Positions 16,933 to 27,716 are shown, numbered from the stretch's first letter. The stretch is 64,000 nt of DNA from an uncultured Candidatus Saccharibacteria bacterium (GCA_948851665.1 CAQOWG010000003.1:12021-76020); one strand, 5' to 3'. Translations and numbers: made by a program. The notes: a model not told the origin generated them from the sequence alone.

Positions 16933-17757
16933 ATGAAACGTTCTCACCTCGTCCTCGGCTCCTTCTGCGTTGCGCTTGCCATCGCCGACATCACGCTCGC
17001 CCTTACCTTACCGTCCCCTGCCCCAATTTCCGCCCAGTCCACCCCTACATTCGACGGTTTCGACTACTCTTGGATCGACCTCAATCCTTATATTGCTCAC
17101 GCTGGCGGCGGCATTCTTGGCTGTACCTATACCAATTCCTATGAAGCGCTTCTTTCCAACTACCAACTCGGCCACCGCCTCTTTGAATTTGACTTCTCCC
17201 TTTCCAGCGACGGTGAAGTAGTCGCTACGCATGACTTCATTACTACCTCTGCGGACGCCTTCAACTCAACACTAGTCGAGGATCAATTCCACCCCATCTC
17301 CCTTAATCAGTTGTTTGATTTTCTCTATCATCACCCCGACGTCTATATTGTCACCGACACAAAATACACTGACGAGCCCTCCACTCGCTCCCTTCTGGGA
17401 CAACTATGCTCCGCTGCCGAAGACCTTCTTGACCGAACTGTCCTCGACCGTTTCATCATCCAAATTTATCACCCCGATACGCTTCCCTGGGTCATGGATA
17501 TCTATCCCTGGAAATCCATCATCTACACCCTATATGCTAACCCTGAATGGACCCCCGAAAATGTCGCTGCCTTTGCCAAAGAAAGTGGCGTCAAATATAT
17601 TACCATTTTCTACGCCGCTGCTAGCGATGAAGCGCTCAAACTTTGGCAATCCGCCGGTCTCTACGTCGGTGTCCACACTGTCAATGACCTTGGGACCGCG
17701 AGAGAAGCTTTCTCCCGCGGCGTCAGTAATATTTATACCGATTATCTATTACCCTAA
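16933..17757 (+). CDS. Glycerophosphodiester phosphodiesterase (GDPD)-like protein with an N-terminal signal/anchor
   Basis: IAHAGGG...NSYEAL...FEFDFSLSSDGEVVATHD resembles the GDPD/PI-PLC-X fold. TGCTATAAT lies 6 nt before the ATG. Confidence 0.6.
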   Translation: MKRSHLVLGSFCVALAIADITLALTLPSPAPISAQSTPTFDGFDYSWIDLNPYIAHAGGGILGCTYTNSYEALLSNYQLGHRLFEFDFSLSSDGEVVATHDFITTSADAFNSTLVEDQFHPISLNQLFDFLYHHPDVYIVTDTKYTDEPSTRSLLGQLCSAAEDLLDRTVLDRFIIQIYHPDTLPWVMDIYPWKSIIYTLYANPEWTPENVAAFAKESGVKYITIFYAAASDEALKLWQSAGLYVGVHTVNDLGTAREAFSRGVSNIYTDYLLP

Positions 17758-17758
17758 C

Positions 17759-20191
17759 TTATAACTCACCCCAGTTTTGTCCTATTGTCACCTCAGCCTT
17801 CAGTTTCACTGCCAACTCTGGCGCTACGTTCTCCATCTTCTCGACTAATATCTTCGACACTTCCTCAGCCAAATTCTCGTCACATTCGATAATCAACGAA
17901 TCATGTACTTGCATGATCATCTCTGCCCCCTTCGGCAAGGCCACTTTCACCGCCAGCATCGCTCGCTTCATCAAATCCGCCTCTGTTCCCTGAATCGGCA
18001 TATTTTGCGCTGCCCGCTCTGCCCCCGTCCGAACAATAAAATTACTCGACAATACGTCCGGTGTTGGTCGCCGACGTCCATAATATGTTTCCACATATCC
18101 TTGTTCCCGCGCCTGAACAAGTACTTTATCCAAATACTCCTTCACCGGCTTCCGCAGTTCAAAATACCGCTCAATAAAATCTTTTGCTGCGTTTAGGCTC
18201 ATCCCCGTCGCCTCCGACAGCCCCCGCACGCTCATCCCATAAAGCACACCAAAATTAATCACCTTTGCTGCTCTACGCTGCGTCTTTGTCACATCCTCTG
18301 GTGCTACTCCAAACGCCTCTGCCGCCGTCTTGGTATGAATATCTACATCACTATTAAAATCATCAATCAATGCCTGATCCCCTGCCAGCACCGCCGCTAG
18401 TCTCAATTCAAACTGCGAGTAATCCGCGCTTACTAGCACTTTACCCGGTCCAGCGATAAACCCCGTTCGAATCTGTCGCCCTACTTCTGTTCGCACCGGA
18501 ATATTCTGCAAATTCGGGTTCGTTGACGATAGCCGCCCTGTCGCCGTTACATTCTGATTAAAAGTTGTGTGCACCCTATCCGCTTTGTCTGCCAACTCTG
18601 GTATCGGCTCAATATAAGTCGAAAGTAGCTTCGCCGCCTCACGATATTCCTTTATTTTCTCAATAATCGGATGATATTTCTGCAATTTATCCAGCTCTTT
18701 CGCTCCCGTCGAATACCCCCGTGAACCTTTTTTGATTCCCTTCGTTGGTAACCCCAATCGTGTAAAAAGCACTTCTGATAGTTGCGCTGGCGAGTTGACA
18801 TTAAATTCCGTTCCTGCCAGCTTCCAAATCTCACGCTCTCGCCCCACTACTTCTTTCAAAAACTCCTCTTTTAGACCCTCAAAGTACGGCCGGTCAATCA
18901 GCATCCCCCGCTCTTCCATCTCATATAATACTGGTATCAATGGCAAATCAAACTCCATTAAAATCTTTTTTAGTTCCGGTTTAGTCTCAAACTCTGCTTT
19001 CTGTCGTTCATATTCAACCTTTTCATCCTGTCGCTCTAAATTCCGTACCAGCGGATTTAGCAAAAAGACCCCTTGCGCTAAATCCCAAAACCCTGCCCCC
19101 GCAAATATCCTCTCCGCCACCTTAGCGTTCTTATGCATCAAATCTTTTACATTCCAGCTCAAAATCAACCCATCCGGCATCTCCACCGGAATCTCCAAAG
19201 TCTGTTGGCTCAACCCCGCTGAGGCTTTTTTCTCCGCCCTTGCCGCCCGTTGTTCACTTTTTGACGGTCTCAAGGCATTGCGCGTCTGCGCTTTCATTTC
19301 TTTGACAACTTGCCCCGCATTACCACGCGCCCGCAGAAACTTCCCCACCAGCGTCCTAAATTCCAACTTCTTCAGTGCTGCCACCACCCTCTCATCATCT
19401 ATTTCAAGATCCGGCAAATCATTCAATTTCACGTCCACATCAGTCATGATCTTTGCAAGAAAGTATGACATCTTAGCGCTTTCACGACCCTTCGTCAGCT
19501 TCTCCGCTATTTTCCCCTCAATCTTTCCCGCGTCTAAGGCCTCGTAAACACCATCCAACGTCCCGTAACTGCCCAATAACTTCACTGCCGTCTTCTCCCC
19601 GATGCCCGGCACCCCTGGGATATTATCCGACGCATCCCCCTTTAATGCCTTCAAATCCAAAAATTGCGCCTTTTTGATGCCATATTTCGCTTCCACTGCC
19701 GGCACATCCAACTCCTCCAGTCGCGAAAAGCCCTGCAAAATCCGATACATCCGAGTGTTTTCATCCACTACCTGCAACATGTCAAGATCCGAAGAAACAA
19801 TAAAAGTTTCGTAGTCGCCGTCTTCATCCGCCTGTAAGGCCAGCGTACCAATAATATCATCTGCTTCGCAGTCATCACATTCCACAAATCCCCACCCTAA
19901 TGCTTTTACCAACTCCTTCAGGAGCGGTATCTGTGCATAAAAATCATCACCCGGCTTCACTCGCCCCGCCTTATACTCTGGATACACTGCCTTACGCCGG
20001 CTAGTTGAAGTCCGCGAATCCCAAGCTACTACGACTTTTGTCGGATCGAGTTTCTGTACGATTTCCATTGCAATCGCTGCGAATCCATACACCCCACCAG
20101 TCGGCGCGCCATCAGAAGTCGAAAGCGCACCCATCGCATAATACCCTCTATAAAAGACTGATTTCCCGTCGATAATCACTAAGCGCTTCAT
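17759..20191 (-). CDS. polA: DNA polymerase I
   Basis: 810 aa with a 5'-3' exonuclease N-terminus (LVIIDGKSVFYRGYYA) and family A polymerase motifs (DYSQFELRLAA, RRAAKVINFGVLYGMS, QVHDSLI). TGATATAAT lies 6 nt before the ATG. Confidence 0.95.
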   Translation of the reverse strand: MKRLVIIDGKSVFYRGYYAMGALSTSDGAPTGGVYGFAAIAMEIVQKLDPTKVVVAWDSRTSTSRRKAVYPEYKAGRVKPGDDFYAQIPLLKELVKALGWGFVECDDCEADDIIGTLALQADEDGDYETFIVSSDLDMLQVVDENTRMYRILQGFSRLEELDVPAVEAKYGIKKAQFLDLKALKGDASDNIPGVPGIGEKTAVKLLGSYGTLDGVYEALDAGKIEGKIAEKLTKGRESAKMSYFLAKIMTDVDVKLNDLPDLEIDDERVVAALKKLEFRTLVGKFLRARGNAGQVVKEMKAQTRNALRPSKSEQRAARAEKKASAGLSQQTLEIPVEMPDGLILSWNVKDLMHKNAKVAERIFAGAGFWDLAQGVFLLNPLVRNLERQDEKVEYERQKAEFETKPELKKILMEFDLPLIPVLYEMEERGMLIDRPYFEGLKEEFLKEVVGREREIWKLAGTEFNVNSPAQLSEVLFTRLGLPTKGIKKGSRGYSTGAKELDKLQKYHPIIEKIKEYREAAKLLSTYIEPIPELADKADRVHTTFNQNVTATGRLSSTNPNLQNIPVRTEVGRQIRTGFIAGPGKVLVSADYSQFELRLAAVLAGDQALIDDFNSDVDIHTKTAAEAFGVAPEDVTKTQRRAAKVINFGVLYGMSVRGLSEATGMSLNAAKDFIERYFELRKPVKEYLDKVLVQAREQGYVETYYGRRRPTPDVLSSNFIVRTGAERAAQNMPIQGTEADLMKRAMLAVKVALPKGAEMIMQVHDSLIIECDENLAEEVSKILVEKMENVAPELAVKLKAEVTIGQNWGEL

Positions 20192-20243
20192 CTTTTTATT
20201 ATATCATGTCATTCCTCTTCTAGCATAAGAGTAAGGCATATGC

Positions 20244-20507
20244 ACGCAGAGCAGAGCATAACCAAGGCCGCGAAAATTGTTATACTGAACATGGATAATA
20301 CCAGTCCACGTAGTTAGGTAGCGCCCATCGGTAGCTGAGCTAGCCGTATCCGACCACCAAAGGCCACCAGTCGTACGCCCGTTGAGGTAGCCATGGGAGC
20401 GATTGTAACCACCAGTACGCAGGAACTGGAGAGACCATTCATTAATACGATTATAGTTGGGGGTGCTGGCGTGGCCGCACGTCCCGGAGCACGAGGTCGA
20501 GAAGGAC
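20244..20507 (-). repeat. Lectin-like C-terminal cassette, copy B (long 5' extension)
   Basis: The frame reads ...STSCSGTCGHASTPNYNRINEWSLQFLRTGGYNRSHGYLNGRTTGGLWWSDTASSATDGRYLTTWTGIIHVQYNNFRGLGYALLCV. There is no ATG/GTG/TTG between the upstream in-frame TGA and the head. Confidence 0.9.
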
Positions 20508-20566
20508 CTTGCAAGGCACCTATTGAGTTTGCCATTTTCTCCCTTGAATGCTACACTTATACCAGT

Positions 20567-21160
20567 ATGAAAGATACTTCAAATCTCAACATTCTCGCCG
20601 TTGTCGGTATGACCGGTAGCGGTAAATCCGTAGTCGTCGACTACCTCACCTCCATGGGAATCCCCAAGGTCCACTTTGGTAATATGATCTACGCCGAAAT
20701 GGCCAAACGTGGCATCGAACGTACCCCTGACGGCCGTAGCGAAAAAGAATTCCGCGAAATGATCCGCGCCACTGAAGGCAAAGATTGGGTTGGTCGCCAA
20801 GCTATAGCCGAAGCCAAAGACCTCATCTCTGCAGGCCAAAAAACCGTCGTCCTCGACGGGCTCTATTCCTGGACCGAGTATCGCCTCTTCCAGCACGAAT
20901 TTCCAGGCAGTCTCACAACCATCGCCGTTGTCGCTCCCCGTTCCCTGCGTTACGCTCGGCTCGCAGCTCGCCCCGAACGCCCTTTTACCCCTGAAGATGC
21001 CCGTTTTCGCGACTATGCCGAAATCGAGGGCCTTGAAAAAGGCGGTCCTATCGCTATTGCCGACCACTATTTGCTCAATGATGGCACAGAAGACCATCTG
21101 TTGACCCAGCTCAAAGCAGTCTTAACTGATATCAAGCTCACACCAAAAAACGCGTCCTAG
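20567..21160 (+). CDS. P-loop nucleotide kinase (dephospho-CoA kinase-like)
   Basis: The start is trimmed to MKDTSNLNILAVVGMTGSGKS (Walker A); the fold is CoaE/UPF0200-like. The track ORF start at 20393 runs antisense through cassette B and is not credible. Confidence 0.55.
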   Translation: MKDTSNLNILAVVGMTGSGKSVVVDYLTSMGIPKVHFGNMIYAEMAKRGIERTPDGRSEKEFREMIRATEGKDWVGRQAIAEAKDLISAGQKTVVLDGLYSWTEYRLFQHEFPGSLTTIAVVAPRSLRYARLAARPERPFTPEDARFRDYAEIEGLEKGGPIAIADHYLLNDGTEDHLLTQLKAVLTDIKLTPKNAS

Positions 21161-21199
21161 AGCCCCTAGGCGCGCTAAAAAGGCATTCTCAACCAAGCC

Positions 21200-22111
21200 T
21201 CAACCTACCATTCTCACCTCACCACGTTTTTTTACCTCAATCTTCTGCCCCCTCACTCTTACAAACTCCCCTTCCCCCTGTATTATCACTTCTGCCGGTT
21301 CTTCAAATTCCAAGACATCGCCCTCTGTCTCCGATAATGGTATCCCTTTCGTCATGCTCCTAAACATAAACCTTAGTAGCCCAAACAGCCGCCTCAATCG
21401 CTTCGTTCCGCTACCAAACTTCCCTACCTCTAGATACCAATCTCCCCCCTTCATCACACCGCCTACCCGTGGCCCATTCACTGCTAAATAATCCGTCATA
21501 CCGGTCATTTTTTGCCCATTCAGCTCAAAATCCGGCAATATCTGTTTACACCGATGCTTAAAGTACCAGTTCTTCAGCGCCCAAAGTGAAAAGAACCGCC
21601 CCGTTTTTCCAGTTTTTAGTTTTTCACGCACTTTTGGCTCCTCAAACACCATCGTCGAGGCAGCAAGCATCCCCACCGTCACATATCCTAATGCATAACG
21701 CCAATGTTTTTCGTCAATTCTCACTTCTAGCGGATAAACTGATTTTATTTCGTCCGCTTCATACTTTCGCACCACCTCTTTTACACCGCCCGGCACTCCC
21801 AATATTGACCCCAAGTCATTAAAATTTCCATAGGCCAAACCCGATAATGTTACCATCTTCTTTGACTGAATTACTGCATTTAGCGTCATCGTCACAGTCC
21901 CATCTCCACCGGTCGCCAGTACCAAATCTCCATCTATCAAAATCCCCGCCAAATCTCGGGCATTCTGTTCCAGTGAAGCCTTCTTTACCTCATATTTCCC
22001 CACCAAATATCCCCTCAATCCCCCAAGCTCGCTCAAAACTTGCTCGCGTATTAGCGCTTGTTTAGACGAACGCGGGTTATAGACTACAACTAGTCTCTTC
22101 ACCCTTAACAA
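21200..22111 (-). CDS. Diacylglycerol/lipid kinase family protein (YegS-like)
   Basis: The DAGK catalytic-domain pattern VVYNPRS...LVLATGGDGTV. Confidence 0.7.
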   Translation of the reverse strand: MLRVKRLVVVYNPRSSKQALIREQVLSELGGLRGYLVGKYEVKKASLEQNARDLAGILIDGDLVLATGGDGTVTMTLNAVIQSKKMVTLSGLAYGNFNDLGSILGVPGGVKEVVRKYEADEIKSVYPLEVRIDEKHWRYALGYVTVGMLAASTMVFEEPKVREKLKTGKTGRFFSLWALKNWYFKHRCKQILPDFELNGQKMTGMTDYLAVNGPRVGGVMKGGDWYLEVGKFGSGTKRLRRLFGLLRFMFRSMTKGIPLSETEGDVLEFEEPAEVIIQGEGEFVRVRGQKIEVKKRGEVRMVG

Positions 22112-22590
22112 CCTTCATCCCTAAGAGCTGCATTGATTTCACCCGTCGACATCCCCTGATCTTTCAATTTCTGACGCTTCTCACTGCAAGTCAAATCACC
22201 CCAATCATCCTCATCCTTATCTTCGTCGCCATACTTAATCGTTCCACCACCGTCAATCGGATTCTCATCCTGGCGGTCATCCGACGGCAAATCACTACCA
22301 GGATTCGATGGGTCTGGTACTCCCCCTGGAATCAACCAACTCACCACCGAAAACATCACCACCCAAGCAATCAGACCAATTACTGTGTTAAGTAAGCGTT
22401 GTTTCGCTGCTGCCACTTGAGACTCGTTGTCCCGCGCCATCAGATACATAATACCGGCCACTACCACGCCTATCACCGCCGCCGCCCCAAGACCATATGA
22501 CAGAATCTTCACCACAAGCCCCAATAGCCCCTCAATCCCCAAGTCTTTATCAAGGATACTCGTCGTCTGATCAGCTAAAATCTGAAACAT
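22105..22590 (-). CDS. Hypothetical membrane protein with an acidic/Pro-rich tail
   Basis: 161 aa with two long hydrophobic helices and then a D/E/P/G-rich tail. It overlaps the downstream gene by 7 nt. Confidence 0.55.
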   Translation of the reverse strand: MFQILADQTTSILDKDLGIEGLLGLVVKILSYGLGAAAVIGVVVAGIMYLMARDNESQVAAAKQRLLNTVIGLIAWVVMFSVVSWLIPGGVPDPSNPGSDLPSDDRQDENPIDGGGTIKYGDEDKDEDDWGDLTCSEKRQKLKDQGMSTGEINAALRDEGC

Positions 22591-22597
22591 ATTCCTC

Positions 22598-23569
22598 CTA
22601 CTTCAAATAACCATGTAGCTTCTTGGTTTGTTTATGTTTGCGCAATTTCGATAGCGCCTTCGCCTCAATCTGGCGAATCCGCTCCCGCGTCACTGAAAAC
22701 TCATTCCCCACCTCCTCTAAAGTATGCGGGCGTCCCCCGCCAATCCCAAACCTTAACCTAATAATCTTCTGTTCACGTTCTGAAAGCGTCGTCAAAATCT
22801 CCGCAATCTGCTCTTTCAAAATCTGATTCGCTGTCGCATCTTCTGGTGAATCCCGTTCCGAATCTTCTACAAAGTCCCCCAACACCGATTCTTCATCATC
22901 TCCATCGCGCCCCACGCTCGCATCAAGCGACGCAATATCCTGCTTAATCCGCATCACATATTCAATCTTATCGACATCCATCCCCATCGCCTGTGCAATT
23001 TCCTCATTAGTAGGCTCACGGTTCAAATCCTGAGTCAAACGTCGCGTAGTACGCAGTACCTTGTTAATCGTTTCCACCATATGTACTGGAATCCGAATCG
23101 TACGCGCTTGATCCGCAATCGCCCGCGTAATCGCCTGACGAATCCACCAAGTTGCATAAGTCGAAAACTTAAATCCCTTATCCGGATCAAACTTATCCAC
23201 TGCACGTAGCAGACCCGTATTCCCCTCCTGGATCAAATCCAGAAAATCCAAGCCCCGACCCCCATAACGCTTTGCAATCGACACCACAAGGCGCATATTC
23301 GCCTCGGCTAACTTGTCTTTTGCTTTCTTATCACCAGCCATCGCCTTGCGCGCCAACTCCTGTTCCTCGTCTTGGCTCAGCAACGGGATCTTGCCAATTT
23401 CTCTGAGGTACATCCGTACAGAATCATCCGCAAAAGCATCAACATTGTCCGCCGTAATTGCTAATTCTTCATCTGAAAAATCTTCCTCGTTTGAAAGATC
23501 ATCACCCAGCGGCTCCTCAAAGTCCAACTCTGTCTCTGGCGTCTTTAAGATTTCTTCTTCATCACTCAT
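22598..23569 (-). CDS. rpoD: RNA polymerase primary sigma factor (sigma-70)
   Basis: Regions 1.2 to 4.2 are present ([64 protein letters not shown]). Confidence 0.95.
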   Translation of the reverse strand: MSDEEEILKTPETELDFEEPLGDDLSNEEDFSDEELAITADNVDAFADDSVRMYLREIGKIPLLSQDEEQELARKAMAGDKKAKDKLAEANMRLVVSIAKRYGGRGLDFLDLIQEGNTGLLRAVDKFDPDKGFKFSTYATWWIRQAITRAIADQARTIRIPVHMVETINKVLRTTRRLTQDLNREPTNEEIAQAMGMDVDKIEYVMRIKQDIASLDASVGRDGDDEESVLGDFVEDSERDSPEDATANQILKEQIAEILTTLSEREQKIIRLRFGIGGGRPHTLEEVGNEFSVTRERIRQIEAKALSKLRKHKQTKKLHGYLK

Positions 23570-23677
23570 TGCCTTATATTATACTAAAATCTTGCAGCTT
23601 TTCAACCTTAAACTCATACTAACCATTATCACGACTATTTCTTTACCCGTCCCCTGTGAGTAGTTTATAATAGTACT

Positions 23678-24253
23678 ATGCGTAAATACATCCCCAAATA
23701 TGCCAAGCTGATACCCGAAAACGCCGATTGCAAATTTCGAGGAAAGCTATTCGACGTCTATCAGTGGCCTCAGAAAATGTTTGACGGATCAATATCTACC
23801 TTTGAAATGCTAAAACGCCAAGATACCGTCGTGACAATTGCAATCCATAATGACAAAATTATTATTACCCACCAAAGGCAACCACGACAGGATTGGTTCT
23901 TCGATTACCCGGGTGGACGACACGATAACCTCGCCGAAACCGAACTTGAAGCCGCCAAGCGCGAGCTACGCGAAGAAACCGGTCTAAGTTTCCAAAACTG
24001 GAAACTTGTTAATGTATGCCAGCCCTTCTCAAAGATTGATTGGCTAGTTTATACATTCCTGGCAACGGGTCTTACCAAACAAGAACCACAAAAACTAGAT
24101 TCAGGTGAAGAAATCGAAGTTATCGAAGTTACTTTTGATGAACTATGCAAATACGCCAAAAAACCAAATGCCAAATATTTGCTACCGGAATTCCTGCAAA
24201 ATATCACCACCCTTAATGAGCTAAAAAATCTACCTGCGTTATACAAATATTAA
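23678..24253 (+). CDS. NUDIX hydrolase (ADP-ribose pyrophosphatase-like)
   Basis: NUDIX box GGRHDNLAETELEAAKRELREETGL. TATAAT lies 6 nt before the ATG. Confidence 0.8.
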   Translation: MRKYIPKYAKLIPENADCKFRGKLFDVYQWPQKMFDGSISTFEMLKRQDTVVTIAIHNDKIIITHQRQPRQDWFFDYPGGRHDNLAETELEAAKRELREETGLSFQNWKLVNVCQPFSKIDWLVYTFLATGLTKQEPQKLDSGEEIEVIEVTFDELCKYAKKPNAKYLLPEFLQNITTLNELKNLPALYKY

Positions 24254-24330
24254 GTCTATTAGACCGCAAAGTTGCTCATCGCACCCCTGTTACACACAAC
24301 CCCAACTAGTAACGCCGTTACAAGTTGCCC

Positions 24331-24593
24331 CGCAGCGCAAAGCAAAGCCGCTACCACGGAAATGGTTATGCTGGACGAGGACATTACCGGCCCACGTACT
24401 CAGGTTGTGCCCACTGGTAGCTGACCCAGCCGTGCTAGACCACCAGAAGCCATTCGTCGTACGTGCGTAGAGGTAGCCGTAGGAACGGTGGTAGTCGCCA
24501 GTACGCAGGAACTGGAGAGGCCATTCATTAAGACGGTTGTAGTTGGGGGTGCTGGCGTGGCCGCACGGCCCGGAGCACGAGGTCGAGAAAGAC
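24331..24593 (-). repeat. Lectin-like C-terminal cassette, copy C (long 5' extension)
   Basis: The frame reads SFSTSCSGPCGHASTPNYNRLNEWPLQFLRTGDYHRSYGYLYARTTNGFWWSSTAGSATSGHNLSTWAGNVLVQHNHFRGSGFALRC. It starts 28 nt after the dnaG stop on the same strand. In-frame TAGs lie just upstream. Confidence 0.9.
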
Positions 24594-24621
24594 TATTGCT
24601 AGCCCACATTACCCCAAACCC

Positions 24622-26241
24622 TTACCCAGCTTTCTTCAGCGCCATAATCTTGCGCAAAATCTCCGCACTTTTTTCTTCCTCCCCTCGTTCCTCTGCCCGT
24701 GCCAACTCTTCCGTCAGCATCGCTACCTCTTGTTTATTCATTTCCTGCTTGTAACGCACCAATAATTGTTGCGCCTCTTGTTCCAACACATCACTTTTCC
24801 ACCCCTTGTATCTAGTCTCAAACACCAATTCCAGCTCTGCCTTCCGCGCCTCATCTTCTGGCAGTTCTACCCCCTTCACGCTCGTCACTCCACCATAAAG
24901 CACAATAGCTTGCAAGTTATCCCGCACTCCTTTCAAAATGTCTGACTTCTGTTCCAATGCTACTTTTTTCAGACGTCTTTTCGGCCCATCATCAATCTTT
25001 TTTGCCCTCAGATCTTCCACCGAGCAATCCAGCCTTCGCGCCACCAGCTGCTCATAATGCTTTCGCTCTACTGCATCTCGCACATATTTGAGCAATTTCA
25101 TTGCTTTATCCGAATACTCTCGCTTCCCCACCCCTGAGCTCAAATCCAAATTCTCCTCAAACTTATCCAGCAAAAAATCCACCGCAGGCTGACACTTCTT
25201 CACCGCCTCTTGCCAAGCTTCTCTCCCTTTCTTCTGAATTAACTCATCTGGATCCTTCGCCCCCTGATAATCATTTATCACCGAAAGGTTTATTCCCAAA
25301 TCCCCCGCCATCATAATCGCCCGTTCAGTCGCTTTCACCCCTGCTTCATCCCCGTCATATGCCAATCGCACGTCCGGAGTTAGTCGCGACAGTGCCTTTA
25401 GGTGTAGTTCTGTCATCGCCGTCCCCGATGTCGCAACCGCTTCCCGTACCCCCGCCTGGTGTGAAGAAATCACATCCATGTTCCCCTCTACAATCACCAC
25501 AAAACCATTCTTGCGAATCGCCTCCTTTGCCTGACTCAATCCAAACACAAACCTACTCTTATTAAATAATAATGTATCCGACGTATTTAAATATTTCGGC
25601 TCTCCCTCACCAATCACCCTCGCCGTATAGCCAATCACCCCTTGCGTATCAATAAACGGCACCATCATCCGTCCCCGGAACATATCCCCACCAAACCTGT
25701 TCAATAGCCCCGCCGTTTCCATTTCCGCCTTCGTAAATCCCCGTTTCACTAAAAAATCCGTCAATGCTTTTCCAGTATTCGGCGCATAACCAATCCGAAA
25801 ATCCAACACCGTCCCCTTCGTCATCGCTCGCTTCTGCATTGCATATTTGATAACAGTTGGATTCTTCGTCAAACAAAACTGATAGAATTTCGTCGCCAGC
25901 TCCAGCGCTTCTTTCGCGCGCGTTTTTTGCTGTGCCACCTTTTTGTCGCCGCCCTTGTATTTATTTAGCTCCACCCCCGCCTGTGCTGCCAATTTTTCCA
26001 ACGCTTCCGGAAACGAAATCCCCTCCACTTCCATCACAAATGCAAAAATATCTCCACCCTTATTTGCCGAGAAATCATGCCAAATCCCCTTCTCTGGCGA
26101 CACCATGAAACTCGGCGTCTTATCTACCCCCCACGGCGATCGCCCTTTCAACGTCCGCCCCGCACGTTTCAACTCCACATATTGCGAAACCACATCCTCC
26201 ACCAGCAGACGCGCCCGAATTTCCTCCTTCGCATCATCCAT
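24622..26241 (-). CDS. dnaG: DNA primase
   Basis: TOPRIM core (VIVEGNMDVISSHQAG, YDGDEAGVKAT) and the N-terminal KTPSFMV motif. The start is trimmed to MDDAKEEI (26241). The zinc-ribbon ligands are absent (see findings). Confidence 0.9.
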   Translation of the reverse strand: MDDAKEEIRARLLVEDVVSQYVELKRAGRTLKGRSPWGVDKTPSFMVSPEKGIWHDFSANKGGDIFAFVMEVEGISFPEALEKLAAQAGVELNKYKGGDKKVAQQKTRAKEALELATKFYQFCLTKNPTVIKYAMQKRAMTKGTVLDFRIGYAPNTGKALTDFLVKRGFTKAEMETAGLLNRFGGDMFRGRMMVPFIDTQGVIGYTARVIGEGEPKYLNTSDTLLFNKSRFVFGLSQAKEAIRKNGFVVIVEGNMDVISSHQAGVREAVATSGTAMTELHLKALSRLTPDVRLAYDGDEAGVKATERAIMMAGDLGINLSVINDYQGAKDPDELIQKKGREAWQEAVKKCQPAVDFLLDKFEENLDLSSGVGKREYSDKAMKLLKYVRDAVERKHYEQLVARRLDCSVEDLRAKKIDDGPKRRLKKVALEQKSDILKGVRDNLQAIVLYGGVTSVKGVELPEDEARKAELELVFETRYKGWKSDVLEQEAQQLLVRYKQEMNKQEVAMLTEELARAEERGEEEKSAEILRKIMALKKAG

Positions 26242-26305
26242 ACCCCTATTATAGCACGAAAAAGCCCCGATACTATCGGGGCTCTTCAAAATCGCATTTG
26301 GGCGC

Positions 26306-27016
26306 TTATTTTATGACAGTTCCAACAAACTCTTTGCCTTCCAGAATCGCCATTGTGTTCTCAATGTCTGTACCACGAGCACAAATCACCCGAATTCCGG
26401 CTTCCTCTGCCAGTTTTGAGGCAATCGGGTCAAACGGCTTATTCATTCCCGGCGTCCAAGTCTCACCGACCATCTTTCGGAAATCCGCCCATGAAATCTC
26501 ATCGAGCGGCTTCGCATCCGGATTCTCTTTCGGATCATCGTCATAAACTTTCTCAATATTGGAAAGGTTTATCACTGTGTCTGCACCAAGCCCCTGCGCC
26601 AATACCACTGCATCCTTGTCGCTGGAATACCCCGGCATATAGCCACTCCCTACCAGAATTCTTCCCGAAAAATTCACCACGCCTTCCGGGTTCGTCACAA
26701 CTTCATCTCGACACAAATCGCCAAAGATTTCCTTCAGGAGCTGCGCATTGATTCGCGTCGCCATGATTCCCAACCAATCCTGACCATCTTCAAAACGTTC
26801 CCTACCCACAGTTTCCCCAGTCTCGGCAAACACACTCCGAAGTACCTTCTGGTAAACCCGCGCCGGTGCACCGCCCCCTGCCACAAAGACCAATCTCTCT
26901 TCCGGATTCTCCTTCAGCCAGTTTCTCACCCTCATACTAAACTGTGCAAGAAATCCCACATCCGGCTCACCCGGATTGATGATTGACCCCCCGATACTTA
27001 AAACCGTCATTCCCAT
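26306..27016 (-). CDS. pyrH: Amino-acid-kinase-fold UMP kinase (archaeal-type)
   Basis: LSIGGSII...FVAGGGAPAR...GYSSDKDAVVLAQGLGADTVINLSNIEKVYDDDP. Confidence 0.6.
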   Translation of the reverse strand: MGMTVLSIGGSIINPGEPDVGFLAQFSMRVRNWLKENPEERLVFVAGGGAPARVYQKVLRSVFAETGETVGRERFEDGQDWLGIMATRINAQLLKEIFGDLCRDEVVTNPEGVVNFSGRILVGSGYMPGYSSDKDAVVLAQGLGADTVINLSNIEKVYDDDPKENPDAKPLDEISWADFRKMVGETWTPGMNKPFDPIASKLAEEAGIRVICARGTDIENTMAILEGKEFVGTVIK

Positions 27017-27077
27017 ATTACCCCTATTCTACCATACTTTTCTTGGCACCAAAACCATATTCTGCTATAATAAGCAT

Positions 27078-27695
27078 ATGAATAATCTTGAGTATCTCAA
27101 TCACATCTCTCAGACTTCTCGTCCTGTTGCTCACAGAAAAGCCTCTGGTCCTAAATCCGGCCTCATCTCCAAGATTCTTCTCGGTGGTCTTGCTGCCCTC
27201 GCCGTTATTGGTGTTATCGCCTTCATCATCAACCTCACTAAACCCGACACCGATAAATACATCAATCAGCTCTATTATCGCACTACTAGCTTCAATTCAG
27301 TTCTTGAAAATTACAACCGTTATCTCAAATCTTCCGATCTACGTGCCATCGCCAATTCCCTCTCTGGCGCCCTTACTGGTGCGACTTCCAGCCTCGACGC
27401 TTATTACACTCAAAACAATCAAAAACCCGGTAATTACACCGAAAAATTCCTTGCCGAAGAAGCTCCCACCTATACCGAACTCGAGACCACCCTCCGCAAC
27501 GCCAAACTTAATGGTCTTCTCGATCGCATCTATGTCGCCCAAACCCAGCTCCAAGTTTCTCTTCTTCTTACTCTCATCGCCCAAACTTACGAGCGTACCA
27601 AAGACCCCTATCTAGTTCAAACCCTCAATACCTATTCTACCAATCTCACCCTAATCAAACAAAAACTTGAAGCCTATTCCAACCCTGGCGACTAG
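27078..27695 (+). CDS. Hypothetical membrane-anchored protein
   Basis: The start is trimmed to MNNLEYL (27078), with TGCTATAAT 6 nt upstream. It has a single TM helix (ILLGGLAALAVIGVIAFII). Confidence 0.6.
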   Translation: MNNLEYLNHISQTSRPVAHRKASGPKSGLISKILLGGLAALAVIGVIAFIINLTKPDTDKYINQLYYRTTSFNSVLENYNRYLKSSDLRAIANSLSGALTGATSSLDAYYTQNNQKPGNYTEKFLAEEAPTYTELETTLRNAKLNGLLDRIYVAQTQLQVSLLLTLIAQTYERTKDPYLVQTLNTYSTNLTLIKQKLEAYSNPGD

Positions 27696-27716
27696 GTTTT
27701 ATGTTATAATCACACC

